A DNA stretch of 64,000 bases from Bacteriovoracaceae bacterium. Its GTDB lineage: Bacteria; Bdellovibrionota; Bacteriovoracia; Bacteriovoracales; Bacteriovoracaceae. The notes below the pieces were generated by a model. That model was not told where the DNA came from. It searched no databases and saw only the letters and a program-made list of their open reading frames with translations. Shown one piece after another: positions 31,829 to 42,413 of this stretch (positions within the stretch are counted from its first letter, which is position 1; each line of letters begins with the position of its first letter). Both the position numbers and the translations under genes were made by a program. Location: contig JABIHA010000020.1 of assembly GCA_018649885.1 (NCBI GenBank), forward strand, positions 62,001 to 126,000, read 5' to 3'.

Positions 31829-32539
31829 TTATAGTACTTGAACTCTTTTGAAGCTCCTTCTAAGGTTTTCACCAAGACTATGCCTGCCGTGGATATAAGA
31901 AAAATTATCTACAATAAGAAGATCACCTTTTTTCCAAGTATGCTGGTAGATATGGTTTTCATCTCTCAGTAATTCCTCAATTCTCAAACACAAATTCTCA
32001 TTTCCTGAGAGGATGGTTCTAGTCACTGGATTTTTTTTGCTCTGAACGGGCAGAGCAAAACGAAGTATTTTTTCTCCAGTATCGGGGTGATTTTGTAAAA
32101 CAGGCACTTCTATGGAGCCTCCATAGTGGGCCAATTTTTCTGTCTTATATTCTAATTTCAGCTTTTGAAGTTGTTTTTTTTCATCACCAGAAAGCGCATG
32201 GTAAACCCCGCGGGTATCACAGAACATCCCCTCGCCTCCCGCACCACCAGAAGATTCAGTACAAAAAAAGATCAAGTACTTTGGCTCTTTTAAAAAAGCA
32301 CCATCCCAATGAAAAGGAACCTCTTCTTCTGAGAATAAGTAGTTTTTTGCTGAGGCGCTGAACTTCATTTCCATTATAGGTCCGAAATCCCATTCTAGTA
32401 GTGCCTTGTCTTTGCGTGAACTTAAAGTATGGGCCAATTCGAGAAGCTCTTGGTCATTAAAGCTTTGATTTTCAAGACAAACAATTCCTTTTGTGGTGAG
32501 TTCATTTGTGGTAAAATTAAAATTACTCGAAGTAGACAT
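31829..32539 (-). CDS. pvcB: Fe(II)/2-oxoglutarate dioxygenase, TauD family (PvcB/IsnB-like)
   Basis: LLEWDFG, VPFHWDG, W..GDLLIVDN...IHGR; overlaps the isonitrile synthase gene. Confidence 0.88.
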   Translation of the reverse strand: MSTSSNFNFTTNELTTKGIVCLENQSFNDQELLELAHTLSSRKDKALLEWDFGPIMEMKFSASAKNYLFSEEEVPFHWDGAFLKEPKYLIFFCTESSGGAGGEGMFCDTRGVYHALSGDEKKQLQKLKLEYKTEKLAHYGGSIEVPVLQNHPDTGEKILRFALPVQSKKNPVTRTILSGNENLCLRIEELLRDENHIYQHTWKKGDLLIVDNFSYIHGRHSLGENLRRSFKRVQVL

Positions 32540-33452
32540 ATTTTCCACCCAACTTCTTCTCCACCGCACCCATTTCAAGAGCTTCCCTTTTTTTCATCAG
32601 TTGATACTCTCCATCTCTTTTAACAACCACATTGTGCCAGGGCGTTGCCCACCTTTCTGAGGACGGAACAAGTTTCACTCCAAATTTTTTGTGCTCGATT
32701 GGATATGGGTGAATAGACAATCGTAGTGCCTCTTCAAAACAACTCGATAGCAGCTTATCCCAAGCGCCGGAACGTTGTATTAACTGATAGGCAAGGGTCT
32801 TGGATTCTTTTGCAACTTGATTTCTTGATAGATCACCTCGAAGAACATTCATATCCTCTTTTAAAAATCGGTGGAGTCCATTAAAAATATTTCTGTACTG
32901 ATAGTCTTCTCTTACCTTAAACTTAATATCCTCAATACTTTGTGAAAAATCATGACAGAACTCTTCTCTCATTGATTTGTAGCTCATGCTATTTTTGTAG
33001 TAATCATCAAGGTCATAGGTCTTTAAAAAAGAAAAACCATGAATTTCAATAATTTCGGAAATTTTGCTCTTATAGAGCTGTAGATCGTAATCACTTACAA
33101 AAACAATATCATTAAAAACACGCCCATCTGAGCAGATGGTGATTTCAATGCCTGGTCCATAAATTTTAGAAACTTCATGGCAAAAATCATTGAGAGTTTT
33201 CAAGGCCAGAATTTCACCTAAATCTGGAAGCGGGCCACTAGTCTTTTCTGGGTTTGAGCTCTTGGCCGGAAAAGCAGGAAGAATAAAAGTTAGCTTTTTG
33301 TCCTCAAGACATTGTTTGTACATCTTTCTATAAAGAGGAACACTCCAGTAGTCGATGTCGCCTGCTTTGCTTTCTGGTGTATTACTTAACTTTAATAGTA
33401 GAAAGAAAATCGTGCTTGCTAAATTTTCTTCACTTAAAATTGCTTGTTCCAT
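32523..33452 (-). CDS. pvcA: Isonitrile (isocyanide) synthase, PvcA/IsnA/DIT1 family
   Basis: FILPAFPAKS.N, LPDLGE, ICSDGRVF.D, LRLSIHP, KFG, WATPWH. Confidence 0.95.
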   Translation of the reverse strand: MEQAILSEENLASTIFFLLLKLSNTPESKAGDIDYWSVPLYRKMYKQCLEDKKLTFILPAFPAKSSNPEKTSGPLPDLGEILALKTLNDFCHEVSKIYGPGIEITICSDGRVFNDIVFVSDYDLQLYKSKISEIIEIHGFSFLKTYDLDDYYKNSMSYKSMREEFCHDFSQSIEDIKFKVREDYQYRNIFNGLHRFLKEDMNVLRGDLSRNQVAKESKTLAYQLIQRSGAWDKLLSSCFEEALRLSIHPYPIEHKKFGVKLVPSSERWATPWHNVVVKRDGEYQLMKKREALEMGAVEKKLGGKYVYFE

Positions 33453-33529
33453 TTCTATCCTCCCAAATTCCTGACGAGAGAATAATACTGAGAGGGAAAT
33501 AACAACACTTAATAAGAACGATGCTTATC

Positions 33530-33544
33530 ATAGTCAATGCCTAT
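33530..33544. promoter_or_regulatory. LysR/OxyR-type T-N11-A box upstream of the isonitrile operon
   Basis: ATAG-tcaatgc-CTAT; adjacent ATAAG-N7-CTTAT at 33512-33528. Confidence 0.45.
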
Positions 33545-33620
33545 AACGACACAACTTCCCATGCGACCATACTGAAGATCGGAGCGGATTTAAACTTCAA
33601 TTTGCTGGTATGTTCTTTGG

Positions 33621-34148
33621 CTACTCAGTCCAAGATCCGCCTGTACTGGTTTGCGAGCCTCTTCTTCCCCAATAATCAGAATTTCCATTGTATAAATTTG
33701 GGGTTTGGGGTTTTTCCCTATAGCTACAATCAAGCCTTTTGAAAACTTGAGTGGAGTTTCGAAGTAGTTTTACCTTTCCAGCACCATCAATACTAAAAGT
33801 GATTTCTTCACTTGGAGCACTCTCATAACTAATTCCTTCATCTATATAAGCACCTAGACTCTCCACTATGTCTCCCCAAACCTTGATTCCGAGAGCTTTA
33901 CACACATAATTAAAATCTCCAGAAGAATCAAGTTGTAGATCACTTTCAATACCCTCAATTTTAATTCTAAGTACGGGTGGAATAAAGGTAAGCTGGCTAA
34001 GATAAACTTGCTCGAGACTATTGTAACTTAATGCTACTATCTCATAGCATTCATCGCTAACTTCAAAACAGGCCATTTTGGTCTCTTCGGTATTACCAAA
34101 TAACTGGGTACTTGTGCTTAAAAGTAGTAAAATCAGTGCTAGCTTCAT
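33621..34148 (-). CDS. Secreted hypothetical protein
   Basis: Signal peptide, RBS GGGGG. Confidence 0.7.
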   Translation of the reverse strand: MKLALILLLLSTSTQLFGNTEETKMACFEVSDECYEIVALSYNSLEQVYLSQLTFIPPVLRIKIEGIESDLQLDSSGDFNYVCKALGIKVWGDIVESLGAYIDEGISYESAPSEEITFSIDGAGKVKLLRNSTQVFKRLDCSYREKPQTPNLYNGNSDYWGRRGSQTSTGGSWTE

Positions 34149-34286
34149 AATTCCCCCAATATGACCAAATTATAGAGTTTGTACATTTTCTTCTCAGAGC
34201 TAATTCCTTCGTGGAAACTAAGACTATGAAAATACACATACTCAATAAATTTTATTTTTGCATTTCTTTATTCTAGGTAACTAAAG

Positions 34287-34302
34287 AGCAAAGATTGTGC
34301 CA
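34287..34302 (-). promoter_or_regulatory. Putative sigma54 promoter
   Basis: Minus strand TGGCAC-AATCT-TTGCT matches the -24/-12 consensus. Confidence 0.6.
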
Positions 34303-34388
34303 AGTAACACATATAAAAAATCTCAAGTGTGGCATAAATTCTCTAAGTGTTTCAGTAAATGACTATGGGCATTGTCTGACTCTCGTGA

Positions 34389-36867
34389 TATGAGCTTTTC
34401 TATGAGATCTCAAAGTATTCCAGAACTACTCCTTCCTGTCGGTGATATGCGCATGTGCCTTGCGGCCATCCACCACGGAGCAGACGCCATTTACGTGGGC
34501 ATGCCACAGTTTAATGCGCGCGGAAGAACTGAGGATTTTAGTTTTGAACACCTTGGCGAGATGATAAATCTTTGTCACCTTTATGGTGTAAAAGTTCATG
34601 TGGCCTTTAATATAGTGATCTTTGAAAGAGAACTAAAAAGTGCCCATCAGGCCCTATTGCAAGTTTTGGCCCTTGGCCCTGATGCACTGATAGTACAAGA
34701 TTTGGGTCTCATTAAAATGATTAAAACCATTGCTCCCTGGCAGGAAGTTCATGGTTCAACTCAAATGAGTGTCACAAGTGATCTTGCTATTCGTTTTTTA
34801 TCTGATTTAGGAATTAGTCGTTTTGTTCTTGGGAGAGAAAACTCCATCTCTGATATTGAAACTATTAAAAAAAACACCGACTGTGAGCTTGAAGTTTTTA
34901 TTCACGGAGCACTTTGTGTCGCCTATTCAGGGCAATGCTTTACCAGTGAGACCATTGGCGGACGAAGTGCTAACAGAGGGCAATGTGCCCAAAGCTGTCG
35001 ATTTGAATACGATATGTTTGTGGATGGTGAGAAAAAAGATCTAGTGGATAGAAGCTATCTTGTTTCACCTCAAGACCTATGTGGGCTTGAACAACTCCCT
35101 CAGTTGATGGAGATAGGAGTTGACTCGTTTAAGATTGAAGGAAGACTCAAAGGGGCCCATTATGTGGCCCAAGCGGCAAAGTCATATAAGGCATACCGAG
35201 ATAAAACCCTGGGCCCTTCGAAGACAGTTCCCAGGGAACTTATATCACCTATGGCCATTACTTACTCTAGAGGCCTTTACTCTGGCTGGCTTGATGGAGT
35301 TCAACACCAAAAGCTTGTGGATGGTAGATTTGGCTCAAACCGTGGACTCCTAGTAGGTAAGATTTTAGTTCAAAAGGGAAAATCACTGCTGATAAGCTCT
35401 CATCACCAAATTAATAAGGGAGATGGGCTTCTTTTTATCACTTCAAAAAATGCAGAAGTAGGCTCTAAGGTTTATGAATGCAGTCAAACAAACGACCACG
35501 AATTTCTTGTCAGCTTCTCTAATGATTTTGACCAGCGCCTAATTGAGTGTGGAAATGAGGTTTATCTCAATAGCTCTAGCACTCTATATAAAGAACTCGA
35601 CCAAGTAATTGATGATAAGAGAAAACAAAAAAAGATCCCTGTGAATATCGTTTTAAAGGCCCATGCTGGAGAATATGCAGAACTTGAAATGAGTGATGGT
35701 GTAAATTGTGTAAAAGTAAAATCCCCCGAGCTTCTACAAGAGGCACAAAAAGAACAAGATATAGAAAAAGTAAAAAAAGAAATTAGCTCACTTGGCGGAA
35801 GTGTCTTTTGTGTAGGCGATCTTCAGATAAATCAATCAGGTAATACACCTTTTCTTCCCAATAAAGCTCTCAAAGTTTTAAGAAAATTGGCCTGTTCAGA
35901 GCTTGCGGCAAAAAGAACATCAATAGAGGATCATCAAATTGAAAATTTTGAATTACCTCACCTTGTGACTTCACCCAAGAGAGCGCCAGTGCTCAATATT
36001 CTGGTGCGCTGTATTGAGCAAGTCGAAGACCTTCTAAGCTTTAATGAATGCTCAAGGATTGGAAGTATAGTACTAGACTTTGAATTTGGAGCCGATTACG
36101 GTAAAGCACTATCACTTGTCAAGGCCGCAAAAATTCCTTGTGGAATCGCTACCAATAGAATTTTAAGGCCAGGTGAATATCACCACATGAAGTCTTTAAT
36201 TCGTCTGAGTCCTGATTTCATACTGGCCCGCAATTTGGGGGCCGTGCAATTTTTAAAAGAAAACCAAAGTAGCATTCCGGTTAGAGGAGATTTTTCTCTC
36301 AATGTCACTAATTCTCTAAGTGCAATGCATCTATTTGAAAAAGGCTTCGACACACTTTCCCTTTCTTATGATCTCAATTCAGATCAAGTTGTTGATCTCA
36401 TTGAAAACTGCCCTAGAGTAGATTTTGAATTGACTCTCCATCAGTATATGCCCTCATTTCATATGGAGCATTGTGTGTTTGCTGCTTTTCTAAGTAAGGG
36501 AAGTTCATTTAAAGACTGTGGAAAACCCTGTGAAAAACATAAGCTTGAGCTTCGTGACCAATTTGGGAATACCCACTTCATTAAGGCCGATAGCGAGTGC
36601 CGAAATACTATGTTTAATGGCACACCTCAATCAGCATCTTCGTTGATCGAAAAAGTAACATCGCTTGGAGTTCGTGAGTTTAGGTTTGAAGCATTATTTG
36701 AAAGAGGTGATGAGCTAATTAAAAAGATATCTCTTTATTTAGATTTCCTGGAAGGTGATATGGATTCCCAAACACTCAAAAAATCCCTTGGAGTTTTTGA
36801 AAAGTATGGCCTCTCCTCAGGACAGCTCAATAAAAAAGACCGATACCTTGATAGAAAAAAAAGATAA
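34389..36867 (+). CDS. U32 family protein with C-terminal extension (RlhA-like rRNA hydroxylation protein)
   Basis: PELL.P, GADAIY.G, HGSTQM, E.FIHGALCVAYSGQC..SANRGQCAQSCR, KIEGRLK; start uncertain (34372/34389/34401). Confidence 0.88.
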
Positions 36868-36892
36868 AGTGCCTATTTTTCGTCAGTCATAA

Positions 36893-38086
36893 TTAATTGC
36901 TCAAAATTGATTTGGCGATGACCTCTTTCATGATCTCACTTGTGCCGCCGTAGATTCTTTGAACTCGATTGTCCCGATACAACCTGGAAATAAGGTACTC
37001 ATCCATATAGCCATATCCTCCGTGAAGTTGGAGACAGTCATCAATCAACTTAGAGCTCATTTCACTGGCCCAAAGTTTGGCACTAGAGGCTGAAACGGTA
37101 ATATCTTTGCCTTCCAGAAACTCGCGGTAACATTTTTGAATATAGGCGTATCCCACATCTAAATTCATCTTCATTTCAGCAAGTTTGTACTTTGAGTTTT
37201 GAAAGCTTGCTATTTGCCTTCCAAAGGCCTTTCGCTCACTTGTGTACTTGAGCGTCGTCTCGAAGGCACCAAGGGCCTGTCCCATACACATAACTGCAAT
37301 TCCCAGGCGTTCAATACCAAGGTTTTTCATTAAATAGACAAATCCCTCCCCTGCTTTACCCAGCAGGTTTTCTTTTGGAACTTTGCAATTTTCAAAAAAG
37401 AGCTCACAGGTATCTTGAGCTTTTAGGCCCAGTTTATTAAAGCAGTTTCCACTACTAAATCCAGGTGTATCTCGCTCAACTACAAAAAGGGAGATTCCAG
37501 CATGTGGTTTTCCAGGGGTGGCCTCTGTTCTGGCAACCACCACTATAATGTCAGCGCTCATACCATTACTTATAAATGTTTTTTGCCCGTTAAGAACCCA
37601 CTGATCTCCGACTAGTTCAGCTTTAGTAGAAATATTGGCCAGGTCAGAGCCAACTGCTGGCTCAGTCATGGCAATAGCGCCAATTTTTTTGCCACAGGCC
37701 ATATCGGGGATCCATTTGAGCTTTTGCTCATGGGTCCCGAAATGATTAATGTAATTGGCAGTTAAGTCACTGTGGACTGCAAAGCCGACGGCCGTAGCAG
37801 AAGCACCCGCCTTCATCAATTGATGGTAAATAATCGCAGAGTAGCGAAAGTCAAGGCCAAGGCCTCCATACTTTTCTTCTTGAGTAAGGCATAAAAGGCC
37901 TAACTCACCCGCTTCACACCAAACCTGCCTAGGCATGATCCCTTGCTTTTCCCAGCTTGGATGATTTGGAGTAACTGAATTTGTAATCCACTTATCTATG
38001 GTATCTTGAAACTCAAGAATTTGATCATCTTCAAATAGGTTCACTCTAAGCTCCTTCATCGACTTCTGGATGAAATAGTTTTCCAC
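36893..38086 (-). CDS. Acyl-CoA dehydrogenase
   Basis: GAIAMTEPAVGSD, LNGQKTFISNG, QLHGGYGY, IYGGTSEIMK. Confidence 0.95.
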   Translation of the reverse strand: MENYFIQKSMKELRVNLFEDDQILEFQDTIDKWITNSVTPNHPSWEKQGIMPRQVWCEAGELGLLCLTQEEKYGGLGLDFRYSAIIYHQLMKAGASATAVGFAVHSDLTANYINHFGTHEQKLKWIPDMACGKKIGAIAMTEPAVGSDLANISTKAELVGDQWVLNGQKTFISNGMSADIIVVVARTEATPGKPHAGISLFVVERDTPGFSSGNCFNKLGLKAQDTCELFFENCKVPKENLLGKAGEGFVYLMKNLGIERLGIAVMCMGQALGAFETTLKYTSERKAFGRQIASFQNSKYKLAEMKMNLDVGYAYIQKCYREFLEGKDITVSASSAKLWASEMSSKLIDDCLQLHGGYGYMDEYLISRLYRDNRVQRIYGGTSEIMKEVIAKSILSN

Positions 38087-40259
38087 GCTCTAAATGATCA
38101 TTCAAAATAGGTGAAACTTCAAATCTTTCGCCAAATTTATCTTCTAGCATCGCCATATTCTTTTTAAAGTGAGCGTGGCCAATAGAATCGATGTAGTGAA
38201 AGGGGCCTCCCAGCATTGGAGGAAAACCAAGACCTAAAACGGCTCCGATGTCTCCATCGACTGGACTCAACAGAACTCCTTCGTCCATGCATCTTAAGGC
38301 CTCATTAATAAATCGGTAAGCGAGTCTCATTTGAATGATTTCATTGTCTGTACAAGTACTGCTATTTTTTAGGCTATACTGCTGAATAATCTCGAGGGCC
38401 TCAGGATTAATCTCCTTGCCTTTTGGTTTAAACATTTTAGAGGCAAGACCAGTGGGCCTATCTTCATAAAGAAAAAATCCTTTTTTACTTTTTCTGCCGT
38501 AAAGACCTTTCTCACTAAGTTTATTTAAAATAGGATCTTTTACATTGCGAAGCTTCGATCCAATTCTTTGTGATAAAAAATCAGATATATGAGCAGCCGT
38601 ATCAATTCCTACCTCATCAAAAAGAGTAACTGGTCCAACAGGAAACCCAAAGTCTTTCATAAGATTGTCGAGTTTTTTAAAATCTATTCCCTCTTGTAAT
38701 AATAAGATGGATTCATCCATCAAGGCAGCAAGGACTCTTGTGGTATAAAATCCAGGAGAATCTTTGACCACAATGACTGTTTTTCCCTGGTCAAGACCCA
38801 TTTGTACCGCCCTTGCGATTGCCTGCTCAGAGTTTTTCTCATGCCCAATAACTTCTAGTAGAGGCATTTTGTTAACAGGAGAAAAATAATGCATGCCCAC
38901 AATATTTTCTGGTCGTGCTGCCTTTGAGGCCACTTCTGCGATGGGAATTGCCGAGGTATTTGTGGCAATTATGCAGTCTTCGGCGCAAACTTCTTCAAGC
39001 TGGGCGATAACTTTGTGTTTTAAATCGATATCTTCGAAAACGGCCTCTATAACAAAATCAACACGATCAAATTGTTTAAGATCAGTTTGAGCTCCAAGCT
39101 TTGCCATTAAGCGATCTCTTTCAAAGGAATTAATGGCACGTTTTTTACATCTTCTATTTAGCTCATCCCAGATCACTTTTTTTCCACGACCTAACCCTTC
39201 ATTGTTTACATCTTTTAAAATAACCTCTTTTCCTTTTAATAAACTCACAAGTCCAATGCCTGCCCCCATTTGACCGGCCCCAATAACAGCAAGAGTTGAA
39301 TCCTTTTTTTCAGGTTTACCTCTGCTATTTTTTTTCAGGTTGGTATTTCCAAAAAAAAGTGAAATTAAGCTCTTTGCTTGGGTGGATTGAGTGAGCACAC
39401 CAAACTCTTTGATTTCTCTTTCATAGCCGGCGGGTTTGCCTTTGTTAATTCCAGTTTCAACAGCATTGATGAGAGCAAAAGGAGCAGGATAGAGCCCTCT
39501 GGTTTTCTTTTTAATCATCGCCCTGGCCTGATTGAATAGTATTGCCCTTCCAGCAGGATTTCCTTCTAGTAGTTTTTCGGCAGTGGAAGAGGTTTTATTT
39601 TTATGTTCTAACTCTCCACTTATAAGTTTTTTGCACACACTCATTGAAGTCTCTTGAAGACCCCAATGAGATACAACTTGGTCGATCATTCCAATTTTTT
39701 TGGCCTGCTTGCTCCTGATATTTCGACCTGTAAGCATTAAATCTAGGGCCTTTTGAATTCCTACTCTTGGTGGAAGCCTTTGAGGAGCACCTCCAGCAGG
39801 AAAGAGTCCTAGAAGTATTTCAGGACAGGCAAGTACAGTTTTTGGATGGTCGGTGGCAATTAAATAGTGACAGCCAAGCGCCATTTCAACTCCTCCACCC
39901 AAACAAACACCGTGAATGGCGGCGACAACAGGCTTTTTACAATCTTCAATGCTTTGAAATGCCCTTTGTCCCCTACGTGGAATTTCTTCCCCTTTTTCTA
40001 TGGTATCTGCATCTTGTAAAATTTTAACATCTGCTCCCGCCATAAAGCAGTTTTCTTTGGTGGAGATAAATACAGCGCCTTTGACTTCTGGGGCCTTATT
40101 CACAAATTCCATTGAAGATTCAATTTCATTTAAAAATGTCTCATTTAGTGTATTCACTTTTTCGCCTGGATTATTAATTCTAATAATAGCGATTTCATCA
40201 ATAACTTCAATTTTTAAGATGGTATGATCGGGTGTTGTCATCACTTGCTCCTTATTCAT
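38046..40259 (-). CDS. fadJ: Fatty acid oxidation complex alpha subunit (enoyl-CoA hydratase/3-hydroxyacyl-CoA dehydrogenase)
   Basis: FMAGAD, CLGGG.E, GAGQMG, IEAVFED, GMHYFSPV. Confidence 0.9.
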   Translation of the reverse strand: MNKEQVMTTPDHTILKIEVIDEIAIIRINNPGEKVNTLNETFLNEIESSMEFVNKAPEVKGAVFISTKENCFMAGADVKILQDADTIEKGEEIPRRGQRAFQSIEDCKKPVVAAIHGVCLGGGVEMALGCHYLIATDHPKTVLACPEILLGLFPAGGAPQRLPPRVGIQKALDLMLTGRNIRSKQAKKIGMIDQVVSHWGLQETSMSVCKKLISGELEHKNKTSSTAEKLLEGNPAGRAILFNQARAMIKKKTRGLYPAPFALINAVETGINKGKPAGYEREIKEFGVLTQSTQAKSLISLFFGNTNLKKNSRGKPEKKDSTLAVIGAGQMGAGIGLVSLLKGKEVILKDVNNEGLGRGKKVIWDELNRRCKKRAINSFERDRLMAKLGAQTDLKQFDRVDFVIEAVFEDIDLKHKVIAQLEEVCAEDCIIATNTSAIPIAEVASKAARPENIVGMHYFSPVNKMPLLEVIGHEKNSEQAIARAVQMGLDQGKTVIVVKDSPGFYTTRVLAALMDESILLLQEGIDFKKLDNLMKDFGFPVGPVTLFDEVGIDTAAHISDFLSQRIGSKLRNVKDPILNKLSEKGLYGRKSKKGFFLYEDRPTGLASKMFKPKGKEINPEALEIIQQYSLKNSSTCTDNEIIQMRLAYRFINEALRCMDEGVLLSPVDGDIGAVLGLGFPPMLGGPFHYIDSIGHAHFKKNMAMLEDKFGERFEVSPILNDHLERGKLFHPEVDEGA

Positions 40260-41569
40260 TACATATTAGGATTTTCTAAAAGCATCGCCAGCCCATGGCC
40301 TCCGGCCGCACAACCACTCACTACGCTGTAGCGTGAACCACTCTTTGCGAGCCTGCTAGCGGCCGTCATCACGAGTCTTGCTCCGGTTGCACCAAATGGG
40401 TGCCCAAGCGCCAGTGATCCACCAAAAATATTAAGCTGGTCCATGGGGATCTCTCCAATGGCATCAATGTTAAAGATATTTTTTGATAGAGTTTTTGAAT
40501 CCATCACTTTTAAATTGGCCACCATTTGTGAAGCAAATGCTTCATGTATTTCCCAAACACCAATATCTTTAATACACAGGTGGTTTTTTTCGAGAAGCTT
40601 GGTAATGGCGAGGCTTGGACCCAGGAGTAAATCATCTAAAGGTTCTGTCCCCGCAGTGATGTAATCCTTAATTATGGCCTTTGCCAAAAATCCTTGTTCA
40701 GCTGCGTATTCTTTTTCCATTAAAAGTACTGCTGCTCCTCCATCTGATAAAAATGAAGAGTTGGCCGCCGTTATTTGACCAAAGTTTCTATCAAATGAGG
40801 TACTTAATTTGGCCATACTCTCCAGGCTACTATCACCTCGGGGACCATTGTCTCGCTCGATTGTTTTAAATTCAGGCGCCAGTGAAATTGAGCAAACCTC
40901 ACCTTCATATTCTCCAGCTTCCCATGCCTGACTTGCCCTTTGGTGTGAGGAAAGTGAAAATTGATCAGCCTCTTCGCGAGTAACCCCAATTCTTTTTGCT
41001 AGTCTTTCACAACTTGCTCCCATTGTGAGTCCTGTAGAAAACTCTGTAACTGAAGGAACATCTGGGATTAAATCTTTTATTGAGAGTTTTTTGACCTCAT
41101 TTAGATAGTCAACAGGACCTTTTGCCTTTTGCAGTTTAATCAAGGCCTTTCTGATTTTTTTTGAGTGCCTAATAGGAAAATCAGATAGTGTTTCTGCCCC
41201 TCCTGAAATGGCCACCTTGTAGCGACTCAAGCTCATTTGATCAAAAGCAAGCCCAACTGCTATATTGGAAGAGATGCAGGCCATGCTAACTGTAAATGCA
41301 CTTGCCACAGGGGGAAGAGAGTTTCCAAGTAGAACCTCCCTTGCCATATTAGGTGCCTTGGGATCACTGATCACTGTGCCCATCACAACTTGTTCAATTA
41401 AATCCCTTGCTATGCCACTTTTTTTCAACAGCCCTTGGGTGGCCAATCTACCAAGATCGTGTGAGGCCAAATTTTCAAAGGCCCCATTACTTCGAATAAA
41501 GGGTGTTCTTACCCCATCAATAACAGCTACTTCTTTTACTTGTTGCATTTTAACTCCGATTTTCTCCAA
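40259..41569 (-). CDS. fadI: 3-ketoacyl-CoA thiolase (beta subunit)
   Basis: MACISS, EIHEAFA, GHPFGATG, CAAGG; start may be 41548. Confidence 0.9.
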   Translation of the reverse strand: MEKIGVKMQQVKEVAVIDGVRTPFIRSNGAFENLASHDLGRLATQGLLKKSGIARDLIEQVVMGTVISDPKAPNMAREVLLGNSLPPVASAFTVSMACISSNIAVGLAFDQMSLSRYKVAISGGAETLSDFPIRHSKKIRKALIKLQKAKGPVDYLNEVKKLSIKDLIPDVPSVTEFSTGLTMGASCERLAKRIGVTREEADQFSLSSHQRASQAWEAGEYEGEVCSISLAPEFKTIERDNGPRGDSSLESMAKLSTSFDRNFGQITAANSSFLSDGGAAVLLMEKEYAAEQGFLAKAIIKDYITAGTEPLDDLLLGPSLAITKLLEKNHLCIKDIGVWEIHEAFASQMVANLKVMDSKTLSKNIFNIDAIGEIPMDQLNIFGGSLALGHPFGATGARLVMTAASRLAKSGSRYSVVSGCAAGGHGLAMLLENPNM

Positions 41570-42117
41570 ATCCCATCAATAAGCATATCTACTAATATAT
41601 TAAAACTTTGTTCTGCATCCACTTGTATCACCAAATTTTCTTGTTCTTCTAAATCTACAAATCCATGAATACTACTGCGGACAAATCGCACCATGTGAAT
41701 ACTAAACTCCTCTCGCATATTGAGAGTGCTCAAAAATTTAGTTAACAGTCGAACAGGCTTTAGTGTGACTCTTTTTAATTCTTTGTCATTTTTATCAATT
41801 GGAATTGTCATGGTTTCATAAATCCCAGAGTGTTCTTGGTAAAAATCTCTATAGGCAAAACATAATTTACGAAAACCATCTTTACCTTCAAGTCCTTGAG
41901 TATCTAGTTGTAATTTTTCAAAGAGCATCTCATTGGTTTTAATTTGAACGGCCCTGATTAAGTCCTTTAGACCATCAAAGTGGTTATAAAGGGAGGGAGA
42001 TTTCATATTCATTTTTTTGGCCACATCGCCCAGCTGGAAATTGTTTAATCCGTTTTGATCAATTAGCTGAGTGGCCGCCTCAATTATTTCATCTGTCGAC
42101 TTACCAATTCTACCCAC
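41536..42117 (-). CDS. TetR/AcrR family regulator (WHG-like C-terminal domain)
   Basis: IIEAA..LID..G....L.DVAK.M.MKSPSLYNHF; SIHGFVDLE. Confidence 0.92.
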   Translation of the reverse strand: MGRIGKSTDEIIEAATQLIDQNGLNNFQLGDVAKKMNMKSPSLYNHFDGLKDLIRAVQIKTNEMLFEKLQLDTQGLEGKDGFRKLCFAYRDFYQEHSGIYETMTIPIDKNDKELKRVTLKPVRLLTKFLSTLNMREEFSIHMVRFVRSSIHGFVDLEEQENLVIQVDAEQSFNILVDMLIDGIWRKSELKCNK

Positions 42118-42133
42118 GCAATCCTCTCAAAAA

Positions 42134-42158
42134 ATAAACTAACCCGATTAGTTTATTC
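42134..42158. promoter_or_regulatory. Palindromic operator for the TetR-fad operon
   Basis: AATAAACTAA-cccga-TTAGTTTATT just upstream of the TetR start. Confidence 0.7.
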
Positions 42159-42413
42159 AAAATAACGCCGATTCCAGCTAAATGCAAGTCTGAAAAATTG
42201 CCTATTTATTGAAATGTTTCGAATAACAACAAGCGTCAAGAAACCTCAAAACTTCATCTGTAGTGGAAACTCCATAGAAAACTAATACCTTTTTTTTCTT
42301 CCAAAACTTTGATTAAGAATTTTATTGCTAACGCGTGACGAATCTACACATCGCATTGACACCATCAATTCGCTGAGCAATCTTGCCTTAATTAATTTAA
42401 ATTTGGAGAAACA

